Shown here: positions 26,301 to 37,400 of the stretch, in pieces
Numbering within the stretch: the first letter of the stretch is position 1
How the letters are laid out: each line of letters opens with the position of its first letter
Virus record (IMG/VR): IMGVR_UViG_3300030109_004674
Coordinates: 1-63,652 of that record
Length of the DNA stretch: 63,652 nucleotides
From: a virus
Taxonomy: Duplodnaviria; Caudoviricetes
Direction: 5' to 3' (one strand)
The notes under the pieces: generated by a model
Told to the model about the DNA's origin: nothing
Databases searched by the model: none
The model's input: the letters and a program-made list of their open reading frames with translations, nothing else
Program-made: the position numbers and the translations under genes

Positions 26301-28411
26301 ATAATTTTATTCCGAAAAAAGGACATAAAGTATATGTCGATTGGGACAAAAGAATACCTATTAGATTTTTTGGTGGAGACACTTATGTAGGAGAAAGTGT
26401 TCACCCTATATACGATTTAAAGTACAAAAGCACAGGTTGTCCTATTGATGCCGCAAACAAGCATAGAATCAATATTGGAATGCCTTATAGAAAAGTAACT
26501 GTAAATAAAAGAATATTTATGGTTAAGTCAGGATTGGACGTGTTGTCTGATAATATACAGAATGTTGAGACATTAAAGCATGATAAGATACTAGGGCAAG
26601 AACCGTCAAGAATGAGACAGTGGTTACTAATGTATACGGCAGAAACCAGACATGGTATACCGTATTTTTATGGTGAATCTACCCCTAGAGAAACCTTAAA
26701 CACATTCTTTCCGATAACGCACTACAGACAGAGGCCGAACAAGTGGAATGACAACAATCCTACGGTTACAACTCATGACGCTTATACGACTGAGTATGGA
26801 GATGAAGTGAAGTATTGGAATTACGGTGGTTTCCGTTTTACACAAATGACAAATATTGATTACGCTCAATACAATAATTTTACTTTGTATACAAGCAAGC
26901 CTAAAGTTGGGTTTACGGATCAAAGCAAGTTCTGCACTAGGATTATATGGTCAGCAGAAAAGCCTGTAAACGTACAAGATAGTCCGAGTGTAAGAAGTTT
27001 TCCAGCTTTAAATGTTTTTGACTTGTCTGATAACACAGGTGAAATAAAGTATTTATTTGATTCAGATAGCGGCAAAGGAAACAACCTTATTGCATTTACT
27101 GATAGCGGTATTGCTATTTGTTTAACCGATAAAAGAATTATTAGCGAAGTAAGTGGCTCGCAGTTAGCTGCTATAGAAAGTGCCACAAGAGGAGTCCAAA
27201 AACAAATATGGCTAACCAAGCGTACCGGTATGTCCGATGAAATGTGGAGAACAGCTGCAGAAAGTGGTTCTTCAATTTATTTTGCTAATTACAATTCAGC
27301 TTATAGACTTACAGGTAATCAACTTGAAGATATTGGAAGAAAAAAATATCACAGTAGATTGTGGAAAGATTTCTTGCAAAAAGTTGGAACAGGATACAGT
27401 ACGGATTTAACAGGTGTCTACAATACTCTGCATAATGAATATTGGATTTCTTTTAACGATAAAGAAAATAACACAGAGGTAGATACGTCTAGTGTTACTT
27501 ATTTACAGTGGAATCCCATTTCTTCAGACGCTATAGGATCTGTTTTAAATATTGCTTATAATGGCAATGTTGCCAATTCAGGAAATCAATACTTTGGAGT
27601 ATCAGCCGCTTCTCCCACATTATTTCTTACGGGAACCCCTACCGATGATTCGGTTATAGTTATTGGTGGTTTTAATGGACAACTTTTAACTACTGCTGTT
27701 AAGGTTGTAGTAGACCCTACGGGAAATTCTATTAGATTTAAAAACCCATTTACTAATGTGATAACAGTAGTAAATCCTGGTGAAGCTTATTATATAACTG
27801 TTTTTGTAGATGAAAACCAAGTTGTAACATCAATCAATATGACTGCAACATATAATGAGTTTAGCGGTGTAAAGAAACAAAAATGTGTAACGCCAATGTT
27901 TGGTGCTTTGAATGATCACTGGCTCGGCACTAACTCTCATGATTTTGATAGATATCTTTCTTTTGATAATGAACTCTATGGAATGCGTAATGGAGAGACT
28001 TATGTGCTAAATACAGGAGACTTAATATATAACCAATCCATCAAAGGTTTCGTTATAAATACATCAACAGGTAAAGGAAAGTCTAAAACTACTACGGGAA
28101 CAACAAGGGGAGACACTTCTAGCGATAAAGAGTTTTCTAGAATTAGAGTTAGTTCCGACAATAAACCTAGTAAGGTAGACTTTTATGAGACAGAAGCTCA
28201 GTTAGATGCAGACACCCCTGTGTGCACCTTAGACGCTGTAGCGTTACCTGCGGTGTTAAAAGATTATCACGGGTTTGAGCAGTATGTGCCTAGAAAAACA
28301 GCGGACAGGAAAAGAGTACAAGGAAGAATTTTGTTTTTCAAAATAACACATGACAAGCAAGAAGAGTTTAAGGTGATAAACACAGAAGTGCAATATAAAG
28401 TGCTAAAATAA
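23315..28411 (+). CDS. Tail muzzle / stabilization protein (crAss-like)
   Basis: 1698 aa; N-terminal KGANRD...YLDACNMR; NKLYLGN; follows the ring proteins. Confidence 0.7.
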   Translation: MKQLHHPKDSKTYVKGANRDIEKEFLSGDEGSYLDACNMRPTDMDGDNGALPKIKGEKIHYAAVDNNCQDGTSSPLSSSYKCIGTVEVNDNIIEFWADENQALDSFVRINGTIVLKSPDFPIRHDYPLQIAKNESCAGGEVYVTDNFNTPMFFNVEDLMINAGIFNSSDCSDKYFSQYNPNQYKLSLQGSLNVPKFIDLESTGSTSISYRKRNGAGGLPVGTYAYAMRYVSDSGERTNVGMFTPTIPVVSQYSSQSTIYPYSKTMGDLPNETNLTQFAIRLRVRVSNTNNYDYIEIIRIRWTSGTALGTPPAGEVILKIDIEEGEVGSFDVEDASLSKVEDLTQEEEADVLNAVAKAKSIRYYENKLYLGNVQYASKDIDTDLTFDTVGGVAKIHPTIEALGKSGHSLPYNYAYHKSYMSTEKYGFGIVAMDENGSRSFVKKIDGAGNVEVPSRRDPVSQETIDTSIKGIPKAALTLGGANYCHEVFDMDDAVGKTERCSFVNMIDEGRKCYRNVGDGEQNFGSCSNADSLKKISTSCAGKKIKCKDLGFRGLRPYYPADSYTNHNYNPTQEIYRSRTGKVVSPSRKMFAPNYYAKGFSIEGINLPSWVKSFSIMRTQPAKKVEAQGLAFYALKSADGLFGANTMKYKNRVWFYSPDMNQDSGLYPQIFDQVLSGVGTGEYSLKMESPLGFSSEYYNFNEKACGAVPTFGIDMISYARLMRDKVSAEFNPMESSSMGIPGPDGQRYVSWGEWRRESSPIPPAFGTGTNSNLFNITNIKVIKGAGTTAGDRGGHYWEVTLDKDVYASGGLGSGYSLDFQDEAVRNWHEPVYVCSIVRNANSVEDPQIQDYIPTGQIQHVRSLVAASLDDTDPITANLVDERWEDCIPDLQDSSGNQIAETLMPTQSAEYYNLDRFVTVIDSQGNEKKWINCTFKTASQINTILQDIQNNGYYQSTDGSSTRVYGIYKHTDYNNRRFALKFDTGGWPSGVNTSLYPDDNFIPKKGHKVYVDWDKRIPIRFFGGDTYVGESVHPIYDLKYKSTGCPIDAANKHRINIGMPYRKVTVNKRIFMVKSGLDVLSDNIQNVETLKHDKILGQEPSRMRQWLLMYTAETRHGIPYFYGESTPRETLNTFFPITHYRQRPNKWNDNNPTVTTHDAYTTEYGDEVKYWNYGGFRFTQMTNIDYAQYNNFTLYTSKPKVGFTDQSKFCTRIIWSAEKPVNVQDSPSVRSFPALNVFDLSDNTGEIKYLFDSDSGKGNNLIAFTDSGIAICLTDKRIISEVSGSQLAAIESATRGVQKQIWLTKRTGMSDEMWRTAAESGSSIYFANYNSAYRLTGNQLEDIGRKKYHSRLWKDFLQKVGTGYSTDLTGVYNTLHNEYWISFNDKENNTEVDTSSVTYLQWNPISSDAIGSVLNIAYNGNVANSGNQYFGVSAASPTLFLTGTPTDDSVIVIGGFNGQLLTTAVKVVVDPTGNSIRFKNPFTNVITVVNPGEAYYITVFVDENQVVTSINMTATYNEFSGVKKQKCVTPMFGALNDHWLGTNSHDFDRYLSFDNELYGMRNGETYVLNTGDLIYNQSIKGFVINTSTGKGKSKTTTGTTRGDTSSDKEFSRIRVSSDNKPSKVDFYETEAQLDADTPVCTLDAVALPAVLKDYHGFEQYVPRKTADRKRVQGRILFFKITHDKQEEFKVINTEVQYKVLK

Positions 28412-28438
28412 AGGCAAGTTTATATGGCTTAAATTAGT

Positions 28439-28446
28439 TAAATTTG
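28439..28446 (+). promoter_or_regulatory. TAnnTTTG (-7) promoter element
   Basis: TAAATTTG in the intergenic gap. Confidence 0.5.
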
Positions 28447-28475
28447 ATTATACACAATTTAAAAGGTTAATAGTT

Positions 28476-29237
<762 letters not shown>

Positions 29238-29249
29238 ATTTATTTAGTA

Positions 29250-31484
29250 ATGGATAAAAAAAACGCAAACGTAGACAAAATTGTACAAAGTGTGCAAAAA
29301 GCTGCACTTAACAACACTAACACTTTTGTCACTGATGAAACAGAATCTTTTTTGGATCAAGAAAGGGATGGTATACTTAATAGCGTAAATAATGTTGAGC
29401 AGACCGAAATACCAAAGGAAGTAATAGATGAAATGCAAGACGGAGAAAGTCCAGGCGTTGAGGCAGATGTTGATGCTAGTGACATAGTTAATGAACCTAT
29501 CACAAAAGATGAAGTTGATTTAGACACTTACACTCCAGAAAGAATAGATGAAGCTAGAAGGTATGCGGAGATATATGGAAGGCAACCTGGAAGAGATACA
29601 GCACGGGGTAGTTTTGCTGCAGACGCAACACGAAGAGAATTGTTCCCGAATTACGATAGACCAATAAAAGTAGGAAGCTACCAAGGTAAAGTAGTGGGTA
29701 ATGTGGACATTTTTGTTGGTGAGGGTAACTTACTTCCTTTAGGGCTTATAGCACAAAGAAACAAATCACAACAAAAAGCTGCCGCAAAAAGAAGTAAGAT
29801 TAGAAAAAAAGTTTTAAACTTATTAGACATAGACACAGCACAACAATTCCAAAAAGGTTTTGATGAAAAGATGGATGACCTTCTTCAGGAATATGGGGAA
29901 AAGACAAATTGGAAATTCGAAGTTTTAGCTGACGTAAGCAATCCTTTAGCTCTTAAGTATCGTTCAGATATGCGACAAATGAAAAGGCTGTCAAGAGAGC
30001 AAAAAGACGCAGACAAGAGAGCGGATGCAGTTTTAAAAGGTATGAAAAAATCTGAAGGTTTTTATCCACCTGTAGTAATACAGTCTGCTATGAGAATCAA
30101 AGAAGGTCAATTTGATATTGATAAGTTACTATCTAAAAAAGGAAGAAAGGAATGGTTTGAAACGTCTTCTAATCTTGTCGCTTATGATAACATGACAAAT
30201 GTACTTGATACAAAAGTAGTGGACAATATTAAAGCTGATATTGTGCCTATGATAAACGGTATATTTAAAGAGCCAGAAAGTAATGCGGACTTAATAGCTG
30301 CATACGATGAAGTTTACCATTCAAAAACACACGATAAGGTTGTAAGTGCTACTAAAAAATTCTATAAAGACGGAAGAGTAGAGCAAGTTGTTGATGCTGT
30401 TTTAAAGCAAAACAATTTCTATGTTGGTACTAACGCTCAAGAGAAAAAAGAATGGAGACAATATGCTTTAGATTATGTTTACGGTCTTATAGGTGCAGAA
30501 ATTAAAACAAACGTAAACTTTGTAAAAGCTAGAGAAGACTCAAGCAGTAATAGCAATAATCGCAATAGAAAACAAGCTTTCACAATATTTACTGATAAGG
30601 CAGACCTTTCAGCAAACCCTGAACAGGTGTCTTCATTGAAGAATGAAATTGCAAAAGCTGCACCAAATAAAGCGAATATACCAGCAACAGGTATGACTAC
30701 CGCTCAAATCAATAAATACAGAATTGGTGTTGCTAATGCTTTTGCAAATCACTATGGTCTTGAAATGGATCTTAAAATAGATGATCAAGGAAACCTTGTA
30801 GGTGGTGGTAAGTATGGAGAATTAAAAGGGGAAATAAAAAATGCAGGAGATAATAAGTCATATGACAAAAGAGTAACTGATGTAACTTATGATTTAAATG
30901 GAGATCAAGTTGCACCACAGGATTATCTAAAACATCTTAAAACTAAGCATCCAACTGACTTCAGTGAAAGTGACAAGGTTATGTATAATGTGTTGACAGG
31001 GTTAGAGGTAGGAAATCTTACCGTAGCTGACTTGAGAAATGCAAAATTATCGCCAACAAATGGTGCGTTTGGTGATGGGAATAGAGGTTTGGCTACGAAA
31101 TACGAAATGGCTTTATACACGTTTGATGAAGAAACTAGGCAATCAAAACTATTAACTGCTGATGATGTGCGTTTAAATCCAAACCTTATAGATAACGCTA
31201 TACCTAAAATAATTATAACATATCAGTCAGTTACAATGAAGCTTCCTCATTTAAAAGAAGCTGTAACTAAATCGGGATGGAGTACAAACACAACGGTTCC
31301 TGTTACACAAATAGTATACAATTTAGATAACGCAACTGCAGCAATGTTGGATAATGAAGTTAAAGGTGCTAATGTTGAATACAACAGAAATAGCGATAGA
31401 ACATATAAGCAGCAGCCTGGAACAAAAGAGGAGAAAAATAACAAAAGCAAAACCAATACTGGTAATAAGAAGAAAACAATATAA
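29250..31484 (+). CDS. Probable internal virion/ejection protein
   Basis: 744 aa; position in the cargo cluster. Confidence 0.55.
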   Translation: MDKKNANVDKIVQSVQKAALNNTNTFVTDETESFLDQERDGILNSVNNVEQTEIPKEVIDEMQDGESPGVEADVDASDIVNEPITKDEVDLDTYTPERIDEARRYAEIYGRQPGRDTARGSFAADATRRELFPNYDRPIKVGSYQGKVVGNVDIFVGEGNLLPLGLIAQRNKSQQKAAAKRSKIRKKVLNLLDIDTAQQFQKGFDEKMDDLLQEYGEKTNWKFEVLADVSNPLALKYRSDMRQMKRLSREQKDADKRADAVLKGMKKSEGFYPPVVIQSAMRIKEGQFDIDKLLSKKGRKEWFETSSNLVAYDNMTNVLDTKVVDNIKADIVPMINGIFKEPESNADLIAAYDEVYHSKTHDKVVSATKKFYKDGRVEQVVDAVLKQNNFYVGTNAQEKKEWRQYALDYVYGLIGAEIKTNVNFVKAREDSSSNSNNRNRKQAFTIFTDKADLSANPEQVSSLKNEIAKAAPNKANIPATGMTTAQINKYRIGVANAFANHYGLEMDLKIDDQGNLVGGGKYGELKGEIKNAGDNKSYDKRVTDVTYDLNGDQVAPQDYLKHLKTKHPTDFSESDKVMYNVLTGLEVGNLTVADLRNAKLSPTNGAFGDGNRGLATKYEMALYTFDEETRQSKLLTADDVRLNPNLIDNAIPKIIITYQSVTMKLPHLKEAVTKSGWSTNTTVPVTQIVYNLDNATAAMLDNEVKGANVEYNRNSDRTYKQQPGTKEEKNNKSKTNTGNKKKTI

Positions 31485-31486
31485 CA

Positions 31487-34400
31487 ATGGCAAGCGAATT
31501 TGAATTAGGACAAGAATCTTATGATGAATCTTCTGCACAAATTGGTGAAGGAATAGTTGATGACAATATTCTGACTGAAGAGGAAAAGAAGAAAAAAGAA
31601 GAGGAAGCAAAGCTTAAACTACAATTAGCTAAAAACGCAGCTAACCAAACTTCTCAAGGTGCTAGTGATACAACGTCTATTGCGACAGAGGAGCCTGCGT
31701 TGCCACAGGAAATACAAGATACTATAAGTTCGCAAGAAGAGACTCCAGAGGAAGAGGTTGTTGATGAAATTGAAGAAGCAAGCGAACAAGAGGTAGATGA
31801 AGAGGACACTAAAAACAAAGTGCCAGTAACAAGGTACGCTAAAAATCCTCCGGAAAAAACAGTAAACAATGAAAAAGCAAAACAGCTTTATCAGTTTTTA
31901 AGCGAAGATCCAGACATAAACCTTGTAAGTACTTTTGATGAATTTAAAACCAATTGGCTTGGTACGGATGAAAAGGCAAAAGAAATATACGACATACTTT
32001 CTGGCCCAAACAATTTATCAGATGAGGCATACGAGGAAAACCTTCAAGACTATTTAAGTCAAGTACGGAGTGATGATGTGGTAGCAAATAACAATGAGGA
32101 TGGCTATGAAATGGCAAATACAGGGAGGATAAATCTTACTGTAGACCAATTACCAGATGCTCTAGGATTAACCACTAAAGAAGCTGCTTCTTACGACAAA
32201 GCAAGAGAACTTCAAGACAGATTAGATGCTTTGATGCCTGCTTACGAAAGAGAATTAGCGGCAGAAAAAACTAGACAAGAAAAAGAAAATAGACAAAATA
32301 AGATAGACGAAGCGGCTAAAACCTTTGAAGAAAAGATACATGAGCGGGTTAATGAGGATTTGGGAGTAAGTGAACATAGACAAGATTTATTTGAACTGCA
32401 ACGTCAATCCGAAATAGGTATTCATCAAGCAAAAAAAACAACACAATTAGGGACTTTAGTAGAACAGTTAAAAAAAGATATTAAGACAGAAAAAAACATG
32501 CTAGAAGTAGCAGCGGGAATATCAGCTGCACCATACATTTGGTATGACGGGATAGACGAACCTTTAAAGGAGATGTTGAGTACCGATAAGGAGTTTATTG
32601 TTCGTGAATTCAAAGGAACTGAAAATGAAATTTTTTCAACTGAATTTGAAATTGACAAAAAAATAGCTCAAATGGAAAAAGACAGGGAGACAACTATAAA
32701 GTTGATAGGCTCTGTTAAATACGAAAAAAGACTAGATAAACTAAAAGAAGAAAGAGCGGATGTTTTAGAAGAGTATTTTGCTCCAATTAATAAAAATATT
32801 AACGAGCTAAATGCCTTAAAGCTAGAACAAGGTATTTCTAAAAAAAGAATTGACGCAATTAATAAGCAGATAAAAATTCAACAAGGATTAAAAAGAAATC
32901 TTATTCTAGATAACCCAGAGCAAGCCATTAAATCTTTAACTCCTGCATTAGAAGGAAACAATAAGATTATAATGAAGCAAATCATGGATACTATTGACAA
33001 GGATCATCCTAACGCATCTGCAAAGGAGAAGTTTGATTTGTTTTTTTTAGCTCACAGGGAAGCTGTAACGCAAAACCTTATAGAAGTTGGTTATGCAAAA
33101 GAAGCAGGAATGGATGAAATGATGCGTCCTGTAATAGAAGTAGACATAGGGTGGTCACCATATATAAAAGATGCTTTTAATTGGAAGAGAATTCCTTTTA
33201 CTTCTATACCTGTAGACGAAGGTACCATGTCTTTAACGGATAAACAAAAGGAAGCTATTAAAGGATTATCAGGGCTTAACGCTATGTTGCCTATTTATTT
33301 AACGAACAGGGTTAAAGTTACTGATGATAGTTTTTGGGATGGTTTTTGGGATGGAATGGGATCATTTATGTTACCTAATCTTTATGCTGGCGACACTAAC
33401 ATGACTCAAAAAAGAATGTCGGTAACTCAAAGATTCATAGATGAGTACGGTGTTGACAATGTGGATAAAAAAACATTAGAAGCAATATCAGGAGCTTCCA
33501 CACCTGCAGATTTGTTTAAAGAAGATTTTAAGTTATGGAACCCATTTACATGGGATGAAGTTGATCCTGTTAGAGCAGGACAGACAACTGGTATGTTAGC
33601 AGGTGTTATGGTTGAAATGTTACCAGCAATGGTTGCAACCGCTCCCGAAGGAGGTGCAGGAGGATTAGCTGTTTTGGCGAGAATTGGAAATACTTTAAAA
33701 AACGCTAAGAAATTCAAACGATTAGGCAAGGCTTCAGCTAGGTATTTTGATTTATTAAAAGAGTCTTCAAGTCTAGCCAAGTACTCTGTATTTGCAAAAA
33801 ATCCTTTACTAAAAAATGCTGCATTTGAAGGATTGCGTTTTGAACTGGTTGGAGAAGTGTTTCAAACAAATGAAGATACATTTAATTTTTGGTCAGGTTT
33901 TGCAGGTGGTTATTTAGGAGGACTAACAGCTAAAGGAATTAAGTCTGGTGCATCATCTTTATTTACTAAAACTGGTGCTGAAGATGCTTTAGCTAGGTTA
34001 GGAGTAGTGTTTGGTGATAAAGCCAAAGGTCTTGCTAATAGTATTATAGAAATACAATCTAGAGGTATTGGTGAGGTTGGAGAAGAGATTGCCCAGGAAA
34101 TGGTTGAAACATATAGACAGACTCCGGAAGGAAAATCTTTTTTTGCAGAGTTAAGGAAAAAATTTCCTGATGCTAAATCGATAGACGAATTTCTTATAAC
34201 TACCTATTTAATGGGTAGTATGTTTGGAGGTATGGCTCAGTTTAATAAACTATACAGTAAACATAAAGGTAGTGGAGGAAACACAAAGGTAGTAGACGAA
34301 GCTGTAGGTGACATGGCTAACGACCAGTCTCTTGCTATTATGAAAGTGGTTGAAGAAGAGTCAAAAATAGATTCAGAAGGAGGTAAAAGGCAGGCAAGAA

Positions 34401-37400
34401 AAGTTCCGCTAGCATTAAAGTCAGGAAAAGAGTCTACAGGAGATATGGATCTTTTGTTAGAAGATAAATCTATAAGTGAAGAGCAAGTTCAATCTGAAAT
34501 TGAGTTAGATGAAGACATTGATACAAAAGACTCAAAAGTTGCAACCGAAGTAAATGAAAAGCTAGGTGAAGAAAAAACCAAAAGATTACAAGAACTTAAA
34601 AAGAAAAAGGCTGAAGGCGATGAATCTTTTGAAGTGGATTCTGAAATAGATGAGATAATTAGAGAAAAACAAGACATACGAGCAGGTATTGTTTCTGATT
34701 CAGATAGCAAATCTTTTGTTACGTTAGATTCTAATGACAAAATTGAGAAAGGAGACAGGCTAAGTTCTAAAAAAGATGATGGTAGTTATGTTAATTACGA
34801 TGTTATTGGAACTAATAAAGATGGGTCAATAGATGTAGATATAAACGGAACCAAGAGTACGCTTAGTGAGAACATCGTTAAAGATTTAAGAAAACAAGAA
34901 GGGTTTACTTTAACGAGAGAAACAGATGTTGGCCCGAAAACAACCGCAGAAGAAAAAGGTTTATCCGCAATGAATAGTCTTCAGAAAAAAATATCTGAAG
35001 GAGTCACTGGAAAAGAATTGACAAAAGACAGGAAGCAAGCTAACCAATACTTGAAGGACAACTACGACTTAGACTCACAAGAGTTATCGTCATTAAAAGA
35101 CGAGCTAGGTATTAAAAGTAAAGCGTCATCAGCACAAGCGGTATTTGCTTCAGCTATAAGGAAAGGAGTTACTACCGATAAGTTTATGTCGGCAATTAAA
35201 AAAGTTACTGCTGATTCTAAGCCAGATACTAAAACTGGGAGAAAAGCAAAAGCAAAAGAACTTCAAGATGAGATAGATATTTTAGAAAAAGAAATTGCTT
35301 TCGAAGGAAGGCAACTAGAATCAGATAAAGATGGACTTGAAAATGAAATAGAAACAGTAAACGATTTAGTTTCACGAAAGTGGGAGCCTGTAAATAGCGA
35401 AGATGCTGCAGTTCAATTGGCAGGAAAAAACACAAAAGGAAGACAAGTTGTTGGAACCAAGGGTGACATCAACATTAAGTCAACATCTAAAACTGGGAGA
35501 TCAATAAGAGCCATAGCGGATGACATAGCTGCTGAAGCAAATGACACAAATAACATTGATTCAGACGATGTGTTTGAAGCTATACTAGATGTTTTGCAAG
35601 AAGGGGGTATAGCAAAATGGAGAAATAAAGTATTTAATAAAAAAGGATTAAGTCAAAAAGAAGCGGATTTAAAAGCTAAAGAGCAGACTCTTAAAGAAAA
35701 GAAAAATGACTTAGCTAAATTAAAAGAAAAAGATCCTAATGCAGACCTTTCTACTGAAGAGGAAGTGTTTTTTGAAGAAAAGGCTAAAGACCAGGAAGAG
35801 TTTGAAGCTTCTGAAGAAAAACGAATGAAAGAAGAAACTCCAAAAGTAAGTCCAAAACAGATGTCTGATAAGGAGTTAAACGCAGCCATTAAAGAGGCAA
35901 AGGCAGCCAACGAAAAGGCATCATTTGCAGATGGGTCAAAGAACAAAACAGTTTCTGCGTTGAAGAAATTAACAGACGAAAAGAAGTCCAGGACAGCAGC
36001 CGAAAAAGAGTCAAAAGCTGAATCAAAGACTCCACTGCAGAAAGCGAAGGATGAAGTATCTAGAATTCAAAAAGAGTTAGATGAAAAAAAACAAGAAGCT
36101 GTAAAGTTGTTTAAGGAAACAGGAAATGCGAAAACATTAGACAACGAGGTTGTAAAACTTGAAAAAGAACTTAAGGCGGCAAAAGCTAAACTTGACAAGC
36201 TTAAGCCAGCTCCAAAGAAAACTAGAAAACTTACTCCACAAGAAAAGAAGGCTGCACAATTAAAAAGAGAAGCTAAAAAATTAGCAGACAAAAATAACAA
36301 AGCGGCACAAAAAGAGCATGATGCAGAAACTAAAAAAGCAGGAGAATACAAAGTAAGCGAAGACTCTAAAGAAACAATTAAACAAAAGACAGATGCTCTT
36401 CCAAAAGATCATACTGTATTTAAGCATAAAAAAACAGTAATACAAGATATTGTTAAAGCAATAGACGAATTAGCCAAAGGAAATATTGCTACTATAATTA
36501 TTGGTGGGTCTAAGATTCCTTTCCTAAAGATGACTACAGATAAAAACGGAAAAGTATTTATCGATAAGCAAAGTGGTGTTTGGGATTTAGTATTTGGTTT
36601 AGACAGAAAAAATGAAGACGGAAGTAATGTTATAAATTCGGAAGACGGCTCTGCAGACTTAAGAAACGAGTTAGCAAAACAAATTGCTAAAGCGAGATTA
36701 GTTGGTCTAGCAAAAGCTCAAGCAAAAGTTAATCTAGAAAAGAAAAAGCTTGCGTCAAAAATGTTTGAGTCAGGTCTTAAAGATATTACTGATGCAGCTA
36801 AACAAGCTAGAGGCGAGATGAGTCTTTTTCTTGGAGGAACTCAAGCATCGTTAAAACTTCTAAAAGGCGTTGTGAAGATGGCAGCTGGCGGTGGTCTTTT
36901 TGTTTTAGAGAAAGGCGTTGGTGTGCCAATAAAATACGGACTTAAAGCTTATCAATTTGCAACAGATCAGGTTTCAAGTTTAGTTGCAAAATTTGTAGAT
37001 AAAGTATTGTACAAACTTCTTGACGAGATTGGAATTGCAACTATAAAGGCTGTTAAATTCATCTTTGGAAAAATATTTAATAAAGTAGCAGAGTACGCAC
37101 GTAAAGGAAAGATGTCTGCTTCAGATATAGATTATAACAGTATTGATCCTGACACTGCAACAGCTTTTGAGGACACTGTGAGAGAAGCGGCTAACATGAA
37201 AGGTGATATTAGTGATATATCTTTATTCATAAGAAATCAAGCAGCTATGTTTAAGGCTTTGTCAGAAAGTATATCGGAAAAAAAGAAATCTTATGCATTA
37301 GCTTCAGCAGCTTTAATGAAGCTGTCTAATGATGTTGGTAGAATGACAAATCTAGATGATGTAAAAGCTAGGTTGCAAGAAGAGGCTAATCCAACAGCAC

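Noticed and set aside
30100-30130. GQFDIDK in the 744-aa protein resembles the crAss virion RNAP motif DFDIDK
   Set aside because: The first catalytic Asp is Gln, the context looks helical and no other double-psi-barrel motif is visible; probably chance.
34495-34530. DEDID (DxDxD) in the 2805-aa protein
   Set aside because: It lies in an acidic low-complexity stretch with no RNAP context.
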